Source of the DNA: a virus | DNA: 64,000 nucleotides | Direction: 5' to 3' (one strand) | Virus record (IMG/VR): IMGVR_UViG_3300021197_000245 | Coordinates: 4,002 to 68,001 of that record | In this document: positions 9,993-19,568 of the stretch, piece after piece | Layout: every line of letters begins with the position of its first letter | How positions within the stretch are numbered: the first letter of the stretch is position 1 | Made by a program: the position numbers and the translations under genes | The notes under the pieces: generated by a model | Database searches by the model: none | Told to the model about the DNA's origin: nothing | Seen by the model: only the letters and a program-made list of their open reading frames with translations

Positions 9993-10481
9993 ATGGCACA
10001 ACAAGACGATATGTTTGAAGGTTCTATTAAACGAACTCCTCGCGCAACACAGACAAGGGAGAAGGCGGCAGCGCGTAAGCCGTGGGCTCCACCATCCATG
10101 CTGGATGCACCACCCGCACCAGATGGCTTTAAACATCGATGGGTAAGAGCAGAAACTCGTGGTTTTAATGACACCAAGAATGTTTCCGCAAAACTTAGAG
10201 AAGGTTGGGAGCTCGTGAGAGCAGACGAATACCCCGATTTTGAAGCCCCTATAGTAGATTCGGGTAAATATGAAGGTGTTTTCGGAGTAGGTGGGTTAGT
10301 TTTAGCTCGCATGCCTGTTGAGACTATTGCAGAAAGAACAGCTTATTTTAATCAAAGAAAAGCTGATCAGATGCAAGCAGTAGATTCAGATATGATGAGG
10401 GAAAACGCACATTCAACTATGACGATCAATCGACCAGATCGTCAATCTCGTGTAACCTTTGGCGGTCCTAAAAAACAATAG
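9993..10481 (+). CDS. Conserved head-module hypothetical protein
   Basis: WAPPS.LDAP..P.GF..RW.R motif; between scaffold and capsid genes. Confidence 0.7.
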   Translation: MAQQDDMFEGSIKRTPRATQTREKAAARKPWAPPSMLDAPPAPDGFKHRWVRAETRGFNDTKNVSAKLREGWELVRADEYPDFEAPIVDSGKYEGVFGVGGLVLARMPVETIAERTAYFNQRKADQMQAVDSDMMRENAHSTMTINRPDRQSRVTFGGPKKQ

Positions 10482-10508
10482 GATGGCCCCATTATTGGAG
10501 TAAAATAA

Positions 10509-11141
10509 ATGGCAAATAATCTAACAGCTGGTTATGGTCTTCGTCCGATAGGAAAGGTAGGTGGCAATCCAAATAATAACGCCACAACTCAGTATGAGAT
10601 TGCAAACAATTATACAACAGCTATATACAATGGCGGGATCGTATGTCCTGCTTCATCAGGAACTATTATTATTTCTGATCAAGCGATATCTCCTTTAGGT
10701 GTATTAGCAGGCGTAGAGTTTGTTGACTCTGTTACTGGTAAAACTACTTTTAAAAACTATTGGCCGGGATCAAACGCAGTAAGTGTGGACACAGACTTTC
10801 CTGTGAAAGCATTCGTCTATGACGATCCTTTTCAACTTTATGCTGTAGTTGCAGATGGTACAAACACTAATAGAGCAACAGCTCTTGCGGATGTTTTTGT
10901 CAACTGTGACATGGCAAGTGTAAACAACGGTAGCACAGCTACTGGTAGGTCTAGCGATATGCTAGATATCAGTACAGCCGCTACAACTAATACACTTGAT
11001 GTAAGGATTGTTGGTCTTTACGAAGATGCAGCAAACGCAGATTATTCTGCGGTTGGTCATCAATACATAGTAAGACTAAACGGTCACTATAATCTTAACA
11101 CAAGTGCGGCGGTTGGTACCTTCGCTACAACAGGTATATAG
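10509..11141 (+). CDS. Putative capsid decoration/cement protein
   Basis: Small-residue beta-rich 210 aa protein directly upstream of MCP. Confidence 0.55.
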   Translation: MANNLTAGYGLRPIGKVGGNPNNNATTQYEIANNYTTAIYNGGIVCPASSGTIIISDQAISPLGVLAGVEFVDSVTGKTTFKNYWPGSNAVSVDTDFPVKAFVYDDPFQLYAVVADGTNTNRATALADVFVNCDMASVNNGSTATGRSSDMLDISTAATTNTLDVRIVGLYEDAANADYSAVGHQYIVRLNGHYNLNTSAAVGTFATTGI

Positions 11142-11155
11142 GGAGGGTTTAAACA

Positions 11156-12067
11156 ATGGCTATATCAAGAGCACAATTAGCGAAAGAGCTAGAACCTGGA
11201 CTTAACGCCCTGTTTGGTCTAGAGTACGATCGTTATGAAAACGAACATGCAGAGATATTTGATGAGGAATCATCAGATAGAGCGTTTGAAGAAGAAGTGA
11301 TGTTAGCAGGCTTTTCAACTGCACCGTCTAAGTCAGAGGGTGGAGCGATTAGCTTTGATGACGCACAAGAAACCTTCACTGCAAGGTACACACATGAGAC
11401 TATTGCTTTAGCTTTCTCAATTACTGAAGAAGCTATCGAAGATAATCTTTATGACAGACTTGCAGGTCGTTACACAAAAGCATTAGCAAGATCCATGGCA
11501 CAGACAAAGCAAATTAAAGCGGCATCTGTGTTAAACAACGCTTTCACTGCTGGAGCTTCCGCAGGTGGCGATGGAGTTGCTTTATTGAGTAACGCTCACC
11601 CAACAATCAGTGGTAATCAGAGCAATATCTTGTCAACAGCGGCAGACTTAAACGAGACTTCGCTAGAACAAGCTTTGATCGACATTGCTGGTTTACAGGA
11701 TGAGAGGGGCTTAAAGATTGCTGTAAGAGGTACTAAATTGATAATTCCAAAAGAATTACAATTTATTGCTGAAAGAGTGTTAAACAGTAACCTAAGAGTT
11801 GGAACTGCTGATAATGATGCAAATGCAATTAAGAACATGGGAATGTTACCAGAAGGTGCCGTTGTAAACCATTTCTTAACTGATACAGATGCATTCTTTA
11901 TCAAGACAGATGCTCCAAACGGTTTAAAATACTTCAACAGAGCAGCTATTAAGACAGCTATGGAAGGTGATTTTGACACTGGAAATATGCGTTTTAAGGC
12001 AAGAGAAAGATACAGCTTCGGTTTTTCCGACTGGAGATGTTTATTCGGAACACCTGGTGCGGCATAG
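11156..12067 (+). CDS. Major capsid protein (Mu gpT-like)
   Basis: MAISRAQLAKELEPGLNALFG N-terminus and KARERYSFGFSDWR C-terminus; strong RBS; followed by a terminator. Confidence 0.9.
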   Translation: MAISRAQLAKELEPGLNALFGLEYDRYENEHAEIFDEESSDRAFEEEVMLAGFSTAPSKSEGGAISFDDAQETFTARYTHETIALAFSITEEAIEDNLYDRLAGRYTKALARSMAQTKQIKAASVLNNAFTAGASAGGDGVALLSNAHPTISGNQSNILSTAADLNETSLEQALIDIAGLQDERGLKIAVRGTKLIIPKELQFIAERVLNSNLRVGTADNDANAIKNMGMLPEGAVVNHFLTDTDAFFIKTDAPNGLKYFNRAAIKTAMEGDFDTGNMRFKARERYSFGFSDWRCLFGTPGAA

Positions 12068-12095
12068 CCTCCAAGCATTTTAATGCACCAGTTTT

Positions 12096-12125
12096 AAGGG
12101 CGGCACTTGCCGCCCTTCTTTTTTT
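12096..12125 (+). terminator. Rho-independent terminator after MCP
   Basis: AAGGGCGGCA-CT-TGCCGCCCTT plus T tract; overlaps a possible TTGCCG-16-TATAAT promoter (12107-12134). Confidence 0.8.
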
Positions 12126-12142
12126 GTGTATAATAAACTAAA

Positions 12143-12187
12143 CCTTGACAGTTGCATGGTGCGACTGACATTTGCCAAGACAAGGAG
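12143..12187 (+). ncRNA. Candidate structured leader RNA downstream of MCP
   Basis: Outer CCTTG/CAAGG stem covers the SD; inner CAGTTGCA-TGG-TGCGACTG hairpin. Confidence 0.4.
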
Positions 12188-12193
12188 ATTGAT

Positions 12194-12820
12194 ATGGCTA
12201 ACACAACTTTTTCGGGTCCAGTCCGATCAGAAGGTGGATTTACTACAATAAGTAAAAACACTACAACTGGAGCAATCACTACACAATCAAGCATTAACTC
12301 AAGTGGTATCTCATCTTTTGATGCGAACACAATGCCAGTAGAAGCTGGTACTGGTATCACAACAGGTTCTGGAACTATTTACAGAAGTTCTGTTCAAAGA
12401 GTTGGTGGTATAATTACAACAAGAATTCTAATTGACTTAACTGGTTTAAGATCAACGGGTGGTGCTGACATCATTGGTGTTAATGGAACTGCTTTAGTTT
12501 GTCACATTGGTCAGATCACTGCTGCAAGAAACGGTACAATCTTAACAGGTAGTATGGAATGTTTTGAAGCACCAGCTGGTGGTGATCCAGACATTAACGT
12601 ACACTCTGCAACAGAAGGTACTGGTGTTGAAGATGGAGCTATCGGTGATTTAACAGAGACATTGTTGGTCAACGCAGGTGATGCAACATTAGGAAGTAAA
12701 GTTTACTTTACTGGTGTTCCTGCGGCAGATGAGTTTCTATATTTAACCACAGGTGCTGCAACAGATGCAGATTACACTGCTGGTAAGTTATTCATTGAAT
12801 TGATGGGCTACGAAGCTTAA
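12194..12820 (+). CDS. Virion structural protein
   Basis: MANTTFSGPVRS N-terminus, Thr/Gly-rich; start moved to ATG 12194 with AAGGAG RBS. Confidence 0.75.
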   Translation: MANTTFSGPVRSEGGFTTISKNTTTGAITTQSSINSSGISSFDANTMPVEAGTGITTGSGTIYRSSVQRVGGIITTRILIDLTGLRSTGGADIIGVNGTALVCHIGQITAARNGTILTGSMECFEAPAGGDPDINVHSATEGTGVEDGAIGDLTETLLVNAGDATLGSKVYFTGVPAADEFLYLTTGAATDADYTAGKLFIELMGYEA

Positions 12821-12832
12821 TAGGAGGTTAGC

Positions 12833-13117
12833 ATGGCATCTAGATCTGATGTAAAAGCATTTAATCACGATCAAGGCGATGACGCAGCAGTTGTAGGACC
12901 TTCTAGGTCAAGAATAAGACAAGTTGTTATATTTGGTAATTCCGCGGGTGCATTGACTATTAAGAATGGATCAGGTGGATCAACTATATTGCTTCAAAGT
13001 TTTCCTACTGGATTGCATACCTTAAACATTCCAGACGCAGGTATTTTAGCTGAAGATGGAGCCTACATACATGGTTTCACTGGTAGTGGTAACAAGTTGA
13101 CTATATTCTTATCATGA
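12833..13117 (+). CDS. Small structural protein
   Basis: AGGAGG RBS, beta-rich. Confidence 0.7.
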   Translation: MASRSDVKAFNHDQGDDAAVVGPSRSRIRQVVIFGNSAGALTIKNGSGGSTILLQSFPTGLHTLNIPDAGILAEDGAYIHGFTGSGNKLTIFLS

Positions 13118-13398
13118 CAAGAAAAGCAGATAAGCAACCGCCAAAAACAAAAAAATATTTCCGCTCCACTAAATCTGGAGCGGGGATGACTAAGGCGGGT
13201 GTTGATCGGTATAGGAGAGATAACCCTGGAAGTAAGTTAAAGACCGCTGTAACAGGAAAAGTAAAAAAAGGGAGTGCGGCTGCTAAAAGAAGAAAATCAT
13301 ATTGTGCTAGAAGTGCAGGGCAAATGAAAAAATTTCCAAAGGCCGCTAAAGATCCAAACAGTCGTTTACGACAAGCTAGAAAAAGGTGGAAGTGCTAA
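13114..13398 (+). CDS. Highly basic small protein (DUF6321-like)
   Basis: RRKSYCARS..DPNSRLRQARKRWKC motif. Confidence 0.7.
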   Translation: MTRKADKQPPKTKKYFRSTKSGAGMTKAGVDRYRRDNPGSKLKTAVTGKVKKGSAAAKRRKSYCARSAGQMKKFPKAAKDPNSRLRQARKRWKC

Positions 13399-13607
13399 TG
13401 CCTAGAGGAAGACCTAAGAAAAAAGTTTTGACAGCTGAAGAAGTAATGTTTGAGTTAGCTAAACACGAATCAGAGTGTAATCTTAGGTATAAGCGCATAG
13501 AAGAACGATTAGAAGATCAAAAGTGTCATTTAAAAGCCCTTGACACAAGAATGTGGGGTCTAGCTGTTTTAATTATAGGAGCGGCTATTGCACAGGAGAT
13601 GTTTTAA
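13398..13607 (+). CDS. Coiled-coil protein with C-terminal TM helix
   Basis: HESECNLRY motif then a hydrophobic tail; similar architecture to 23884-24042. Confidence 0.65.
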   Translation: MPRGRPKKKVLTAEEVMFELAKHESECNLRYKRIEERLEDQKCHLKALDTRMWGLAVLIIGAAIAQEMF

Positions 13608-13828
13608 TGAATAGTAGAGTAAGAACCGGACCAAAACCAAATAAACCCTCTGTAACTTATTTTAAAAAAGGTGGAGCTGCAAAAAGTAAGGGCAGTAAAA
13701 TATGTCCATCAGGAAAAGCGTGGGCTAAAAGAACTTTTGACACATACCCGAGCGCTTATGCAAACATGGCCGCTTCAAAATATTGTAAAGACCCTAACTA
13801 TGCAAAGGGCGCGAAAGGCAAGAAATAA
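13607..13828 (+). CDS. Highly basic small protein
   Basis: ATG overlaps the previous stop; YPSAYAN motif; FKKGG motif. Confidence 0.7.
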   Translation: MNSRVRTGPKPNKPSVTYFKKGGAAKSKGSKICPSGKAWAKRTFDTYPSAYANMAASKYCKDPNYAKGAKGKK

Positions 13829-14157
13829 TGGGTGCTCTTAAAGATTGGGTGAAACAAGATTGGGTGCGAATCGGTACAGATGGTAAGATTAAGGGTAAAT
13901 GTGGTACGTCTAAAGATAAAAAAAACCCTGATAGATGTCTTCCTAGATCCAAAGCAAACAGCTTGTCTCAGTCACAAAGAGCTTCTACTGCACGAAAGAA
14001 AAAAAGAGAGGGTTCTAAAGGCAAAACGGTTGTAGGTAACACTTCAGCTGCCAAAGTAAAAAAAATGAAATATGGTGGGGTTGTTGCAAAAGGTTGTGGA
14101 GCTGTTATGTCTGACCGAAGAAAAAAGACGAAGGGTTCTGTAACTCGATTAACATAA
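13828..14157 (+). CDS. Highly basic small protein
   Basis: LKDWVKQDWV..CG..RCLP motif; C-terminal MKYGGVVAKGCG. Confidence 0.7.
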   Translation: MGALKDWVKQDWVRIGTDGKIKGKCGTSKDKKNPDRCLPRSKANSLSQSQRASTARKKKREGSKGKTVVGNTSAAKVKKMKYGGVVAKGCGAVMSDRRKKTKGSVTRLT

Positions 14158-14166
14158 GGATTTAAC

Positions 14167-14835
14167 ATGACAACATCTAATTCTACCAATTTTGAGCTGG
14201 ACGCAGCAGAATATATAGAAGAAGCTTTTGAAAGATGTGGCTTAGAAGTACGAACAGGTTATGATTTAACAACTGCTCGTAGATCACTAAACTTAATGTT
14301 TGCAGAGTGGGCTAACAGAGGCTTAAATCAATGGACTATAACTCAGAGAACGCAAACTGTAACTTCAGGAGATCGTGAGTATTCTTTAGGAACAGATGTA
14401 ATAGATGTTTTGAATTTAGTTGTGAGACGTTCTGGCACAGATTTTTCCATGACAAGAATTAGTAGATCGGATGAATTATCAATACCTAATAAAGCAACTA
14501 CCGGCAGACCTACTCAGTTTTTTTTAGACAGACAAATTACTCCTAACTTAAAAATATGGCCTACGCCTGAAAATAGCACGGATGTTATTTACTATGACGC
14601 TCTTACTAGAATAGAAGATATTGATTCTCAAACAAATACTGTGGACGTGCCTTTTAGATTTTATCCTTGTTTGTCAGCAGGGTTAGCTTATTATCTATCC
14701 CTAAAAAAAGCGCCTCAAAGAACTCAAATGTTAAAAGCAATATACGAAGAAGAATTTGAAAGAGCTATAGGAGAAGATAGAGATAGATCTAGCTTTACTG
14801 TAAGCCCTCAATACGCTTATTTAAGGTCTAATTAA
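14167..14835 (+). CDS. Putative head-tail adaptor/tail tubular protein
   Basis: IEEAFERCG..ARRSLNL..WANRG motif and position. Confidence 0.65.
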   Translation: MTTSNSTNFELDAAEYIEEAFERCGLEVRTGYDLTTARRSLNLMFAEWANRGLNQWTITQRTQTVTSGDREYSLGTDVIDVLNLVVRRSGTDFSMTRISRSDELSIPNKATTGRPTQFFLDRQITPNLKIWPTPENSTDVIYYDALTRIEDIDSQTNTVDVPFRFYPCLSAGLAYYLSLKKAPQRTQMLKAIYEEEFERAIGEDRDRSSFTVSPQYAYLRSN

Positions 14836-15338
14836 TGAGTAGATTTGCTACAGGAAAACATGCTTATGGAATATCTGATCGATCAGGTATGAAATATAGA
14901 TATCGAGATTTAAAAAAAGAATGGAATGGTTCTTTAGTAGGACCAGATGAATTTGAAGCAAAACATCCTCAATTAGGACCTTTTAGAACAGTTTCTGATC
15001 CGGAAGCTTTAAAAGATTCAAGGCCCAGCCGAACAGAAAACCCCGTAGAAGTTCTTTTAGTACTTAATCCTTTTACTTCGAGTGCATCAGGTTCGGGTGT
15101 AATAACTGTGAGAGAGTTTGGTCACGGACGAACTACAAACGATGTTGTTAGGTTTAGAAAAGTTTATGGTTTTGACGGTTTTACTAAGGCTGTTTTAGAG
15201 CAAGCTTCTGGTTATAGCATTACGGTTGTAACCACAGATACTTATACATTTACAGCTAATGGAGAAACGGCTACAATAGGGGGAATTGTAGGTGGCGGTA
15301 GCCGAGCTACATCCGGACCTGTAACGGTGAGTGCATAA
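14835..15338 (+). CDS. Virion-associated hypothetical protein
   Basis: ISDRSG..Y..LKKEWNG..E.KHPQL N-terminus plus beta-rich C-terminus. Confidence 0.65.
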   Translation: MSRFATGKHAYGISDRSGMKYRYRDLKKEWNGSLVGPDEFEAKHPQLGPFRTVSDPEALKDSRPSRTENPVEVLLVLNPFTSSASGSGVITVREFGHGRTTNDVVRFRKVYGFDGFTKAVLEQASGYSITVVTTDTYTFTANGETATIGGIVGGGSRATSGPVTVSA

Positions 15339-15339
15339 A

Positions 15340-15987
15340 ATGAGTTTTACATTAGCAACATTAAAAACAGCTGTACAAGATTATACAGACAATGATGAAA
15401 CTGTATTTGTGAACAATCTTAATAACTTTATTAAAGCAGCTGAAGAAAAAATATTTAAGTCTGTAGATCTTGATTTATTTAGAAAGAATGTTACATCTGC
15501 TTTTTCTACAAATGATAAATATTTAACACTACCAAGTGATTATTTGTCTTCTTTTTCTCTTCAAATAACAACGGCGGGTAGCGAGAAATTTTTGTTACAT
15601 AAAGACGTTAACTTTTTACAAGAAGCATATAATGGTTCTTCTTCTACAGGAGTTCCAAGATACTATGCACAATTTGACATATCTAATTTTGTCGTAGCGC
15701 CAGTCCCAGACTCTAATTATGCGGTAGAATTACATTATTATTATAGACCCGCTAGTTTGACCGCAGGAGCGGAAGGTGGTACAACTTGGATAAGTACAAA
15801 CGCTCCTTTTGCTTTACTTTACGGATGTCTTGTAGAAGCTTACACTTTTATGAAAGGTGAGCCTGATGTTATAAAAAATTATACGGATTTATATCTACAA
15901 TATATGGAAAGACTAAAGGATTTTGGAGAAGCAAGAGAAAACACAGATGGCTATAGAATGGGTATACCTTCTAGACCAAGAACATAG
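15340..15987 (+). CDS. Putative adaptor/connector protein
   Basis: FI..AE..I..LP.DY..P.YYA..P.PD..Y.VELHY..LLYG.LVEA pattern. Confidence 0.65.
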   Translation: MSFTLATLKTAVQDYTDNDETVFVNNLNNFIKAAEEKIFKSVDLDLFRKNVTSAFSTNDKYLTLPSDYLSSFSLQITTAGSEKFLLHKDVNFLQEAYNGSSSTGVPRYYAQFDISNFVVAPVPDSNYAVELHYYYRPASLTAGAEGGTTWISTNAPFALLYGCLVEAYTFMKGEPDVIKNYTDLYLQYMERLKDFGEARENTDGYRMGIPSRPRT

Positions 15988-15996
15988 GAGTTAAAA

Positions 15997-16428
15997 ATGG
16001 CAACATCAAATGCAGCAACCAATTATCTAGAGAGAAGAATATTACATTATATATTTAAGAATAACTCTCTAAGTTTTTCTAGTCCTGGCGATAGTATTTA
16101 TGTAGGATTAGCTACAGCAGTGAGTGCAGCGGAAACAGGATCAGTTACAGAAGCAAACTTTACAAACTATGCAAGACAACAAGTTACTGCAGCAAACTGG
16201 ACTACAATAGGTGCAGACTCAACAGACACACAAACAGCAACCAATGCAGCGAATATTGAGTTTCCAGCATCTGGTGGAACAACTAATACAATAACACATG
16301 TTATTATTGCGGATGCATCAAGCAGTGGTAATATATTATTTGTAGGAGCTTTAGATGCTAGTAAGGTTATAGCTTCTGGAGATATATTTAGAATTAATGC
16401 AGGGAATCTAACTGTAGAGTTAAAATAA
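15997..16428 (+). CDS. Tail-associated structural protein
   Basis: YARQ.V..N...IEFP..ITH..I.DA.S.GN.L motif common in phage tail proteins. Confidence 0.65.
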   Translation: MATSNAATNYLERRILHYIFKNNSLSFSSPGDSIYVGLATAVSAAETGSVTEANFTNYARQQVTAANWTTIGADSTDTQTATNAANIEFPASGGTTNTITHVIIADASSSGNILFVGALDASKVIASGDIFRINAGNLTVELK

Positions 16429-17555
16429 TGGCACTTGTAATATCAGACAGAGTAAAAGAAACTACCACTACAACAGGTACTGGTACATATACTTTGGGTG
16501 GTGCTGTTACTGGCTTTGAAACTTTTACAGCTAATCTTAGTAACTCTGATACAACGTATTATGCTTGTACTGACAATACGGACTTTGAAGTTGGTATTGG
16601 TACCTTTACAGCTTCTGGAACAACATTAGCTAGAACAACTATATTAGCTAGTTCTAATTCAAACAATGCTGTGAGCTGGAGTTCTGGAACAAGAACTATA
16701 TTTTGTACCTTACCTGCCTCAAAAACAGTGTTCTTAGATGCTAGTGGTAATGCTACAATAGGCGGAACAGTTACAGCTACTGGGTCTTTTATTATTGGAT
16801 CTGCTGATATGAATGAGGCAGACCTAGAAAAATTAGATGGTATTACAAATGGCACAATAGCAGCAAGTAAAGCTGTAGTAGTTGATGCAAACAAAGACGT
16901 TTCTTCATTTAGAAATCTAACTGCTTCTGGTGCAATAACTGCTGGTAGTTTTGTAATAGGTTCAGCAGATATAAACGAAAATGATCTTGAGGCTATTGAT
17001 GGTATTACAGCAGGAACTGTTGCGGCTTCAAAAGCAGCGATAGTTGATACTAATAAAGATATTACTGGTTTTAGAAATATAACTTTAACTGGAGAACTGG
17101 ATGCAGCCACATTAGATATTTCTGGTAATGCAGATATAGATGGTACATTAGAGGCAGATGCTATTACTGTTAATGGTACAGCCCTTAACACTGTTATAGC
17201 AGGTGTTACTGTAACAAACGCAACTAATGCAGTAAACGCAACTAATGCAGTAAACGCAACTAATTCTGCTCATGTATTAGTTACAGACAATGAAAGCACA
17301 AACGAAGAAAATCTTATTGCTTTTGTAGAGGGTGCTACCTCAAGCACAGGTAATGTTGGTTTAGAGATGGATGGTAACTTTGCTTACAACCCAAGTACAG
17401 GTACAGTTACAGCAACTATATTTAAGGGTAACATAGACGCTGTTGATGGTGATTTTGATGGTACATTGGAAGCAGATGCAATTACTGTAGGCGGTGCAAC
17501 ATTAAATTCAATAATACAAGAAGAAGCAACAGCTCTTGCTATTGCATTAGGATGA
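16428..17555 (+). CDS. Tail fibre/shaft protein
   Basis: MALVISDRVKETTTTTGTG N-terminus, internal repeats, ALAIALG C-terminus. Confidence 0.7.
   Translation: MALVISDRVKETTTTTGTGTYTLGGAVTGFETFTANLSNSDTTYYACTDNTDFEVGIGTFTASGTTLARTTILASSNSNNAVSWSSGTRTIFCTLPASKTVFLDASGNATIGGTVTATGSFIIGSADMNEADLEKLDGITNGTIAASKAVVVDANKDVSSFRNLTASGAITAGSFVIGSADINENDLEAIDGITAGTVAASKAAIVDTNKDITGFRNITLTGELDAATLDISGNADIDGTLEADAITVNGTALNTVIAGVTVTNATNAVNATNAVNATNSAHVLVTDNESTNEENLIAFVEGATSSTGNVGLEMDGNFAYNPSTGTVTATIFKGNIDAVDGDFDGTLEADAITVGGATLNSIIQEEATALAIALG
17217..17264 (+). repeat. 18-bp in-frame tandem repeat (NATNAV, about 2.7 units)
   Basis: AACGCAACTAATGCAGTA repeated at 17217, 17235 and partially at 17253. Confidence 0.9.
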
Positions 17556-17569
17556 TTAGGAGATAAAGA

Positions 17570-17935
17570 ATGGCGAATACATTTAAGGTTGTAAACTTTG
17601 CAGCAGAACCAGCCTCGGCAGGAACTCCTTATGTTGCCTATACAGCAGCAGGTGGCACAACTACAATTATACTTGGTTTAGTTTTATCCAATCTACACAC
17701 GGCTCAAGTTACAGCTACAGTAAACTTAGTTAGTGATACTGCAAACAGAGCAGTTACAAACAACACAGCCAACGGAACGAGTGTTATAGTTAAAAATGCA
17801 CCTATACCTGTTGGTGGTGCTTTAGAACTGATGTCTGGTAACAAGGTTGTGTTAGAAACTACTGACCAAATTACAATAGACTGCTCCGTAGCAGATAAAC
17901 TTTCAGGTACGTTGAGTATAATGGAGATAACATAA
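17570..17935 (+). CDS. Small tail structural protein
   Basis: MANTFK..YT....TT..LGL..SN..LSIMEIT pattern. Confidence 0.7.
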   Translation: MANTFKVVNFAAEPASAGTPYVAYTAAGGTTTIILGLVLSNLHTAQVTATVNLVSDTANRAVTNNTANGTSVIVKNAPIPVGGALELMSGNKVVLETTDQITIDCSVADKLSGTLSIMEIT

Positions 17936-17936
17936 T

Positions 17937-19256
17937 ATGCCATACGTAGGAAAAAAACCTGCCGATATAATTGCAACTGCTGTTGACACAACTACAGGTA
18001 CGTTTAGTGGTGAGGTTGATGCTGCATCATTAGATATATCAGGTAATATTGATGTAGACGGAACAACCAACCTTGACATAGTAGATATTGATGGTGCAGT
18101 AGATATGGCATCTACATTACAAGTTGATGGTGCAATTACATCAAGTGCTGGTATGACAATTACAACTGCTGATAATACAGACACACTTACATTAAAATCA
18201 ACTGATGCTGATGCTAATACGGGACCAACCTTATTCATGCAAAGAGATAGTGCTTCTCCTGCTGACGGAGACTCTATTGGAAAAATATCCTTTGTAGGTG
18301 ATAATGATGCAGGCGAAACCACTCGTTTTGCTAGAATAGATAATCAAATAGCTGATGCGAGTAATGGTACTGAAGATGCTTTGATGTTTATAACAACAAT
18401 GATTGGAGGTACAGAGTTAAGTCGTATGACACTTCAGCCTACTGAAGCTGTATTTAATGAAGAAAATGCAGACATAGACTTTCGTGTTGAGGGTAATGGT
18501 GATGCTAATTTATTTGTGGTAGATGCAGGTGAGGATAATGTAAAGATAGGTTCTAGTGCAGGAAATTATGGAATACTCTCTATAAGAAATGAAAATGCAG
18601 GTGCTCAAGAAAGAGGTTTGTATGTTGAACTTGCTCCAGCAAGTGGCACAAGTCCTAATAATGTCGCAGTTTTTTCTGCAACTAATTCCAACATGACACA
18701 GCCATTAGTTAGAATACATCACGAAAATCCTACTGCTGACCAATTACTTTTACAAGCAACAACTACTGGCAGTAATACAGTTAAGTTTTCTGTAGATGAA
18801 GATGGAGATATTTATAGTGCAGGTGGTATTAACTTAGGTGGCACTGGTTCAGCTAATTATTTGGATGACTATGAAGAGGGAACATTTACAGCAGAAGTTA
18901 GGGGTGCATCTGCTCGTGCCAGTACACCTGTGACAGGTCAAGCACATTATACAAAAGTAGGAAATAGTGTAACTGTAAGAATGTATTTTGTAAATGTTAA
19001 TACAACTGGTGCAAGTGGTACTTTTCAAGTAACAGGATTTCCTTTTACTGCTACAAGTTTACAAATAATACCATTTATGTCTTTTGGTCAAGACTACGAT
19101 GATTCAGGTGGTGTTATGAATGTGCAATTATATTTAGAGGGTGGTACAACTGCACAGTTAATTGCAACTAAAGATAATTCTGCTTGGCAAACAACTGGTA
19201 TAACAGCAGGAAGTGGTAAATATTATGTTTTTACAGGAACATATTTAACAGCATAA
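17937..19256 (+). CDS. Tail fibre protein
   Basis: MPYVGKKP N-terminus; LDDYEEGTFT..Y.KVGN.V C-terminal receptor-binding-type domain. Confidence 0.75.
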   Translation: MPYVGKKPADIIATAVDTTTGTFSGEVDAASLDISGNIDVDGTTNLDIVDIDGAVDMASTLQVDGAITSSAGMTITTADNTDTLTLKSTDADANTGPTLFMQRDSASPADGDSIGKISFVGDNDAGETTRFARIDNQIADASNGTEDALMFITTMIGGTELSRMTLQPTEAVFNEENADIDFRVEGNGDANLFVVDAGEDNVKIGSSAGNYGILSIRNENAGAQERGLYVELAPASGTSPNNVAVFSATNSNMTQPLVRIHHENPTADQLLLQATTTGSNTVKFSVDEDGDIYSAGGINLGGTGSANYLDDYEEGTFTAEVRGASARASTPVTGQAHYTKVGNSVTVRMYFVNVNTTGASGTFQVTGFPFTATSLQIIPFMSFGQDYDDSGGVMNVQLYLEGGTTAQLIATKDNSAWQTTGITAGSGKYYVFTGTYLTA

Positions 19257-19284
19257 CCCTATTGGACATAGGGTAGTCAGTCCA
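19256..19284 (+). promoter_or_regulatory. Candidate H-type pseudoknot upstream of an RBS
   Basis: ACCCTAT-TGGAC-ATAGGGT stem-loop; loop TGGAC is complementary to GTCCA at 19280-19284. Confidence 0.35.
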
Positions 19285-19304
19285 TTAACCAAAAGGAGAT
19301 AAAA

Positions 19305-19565
19305 ATGGCATTAACAGAAGAAACAATACAAGACAAAATAGAAATCGTAGGTGACTACAAGCACGTTCAAGTAAGAACTGCCACAGTCATCAAGAGAGAT
19401 GGCACAGAGATAAGTCGTAGCTTCTCAAGGCACGTTGTTGCACCTGATATAAGTGCAACTGACTTAGCCAATGAGAGTACAGAAGTACAAGCAATATGCA
19501 ATGCAGTACATACAGATGCAATAAAGACAGCATATGCAACACATTTGGCTAACCAAGAGGTTTAA
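19305..19565 (+). CDS. Tail fibre-associated small protein (possible chaperone)
   Basis: MALTEET..DKIEIV...VQVRTATVIKRDG.EISRSF.RHVV; follows a fibre gene. Confidence 0.7.
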   Translation: MALTEETIQDKIEIVGDYKHVQVRTATVIKRDGTEISRSFSRHVVAPDISATDLANESTEVQAICNAVHTDAIKTAYATHLANQEV

Positions 19566-19568
19566 TTA

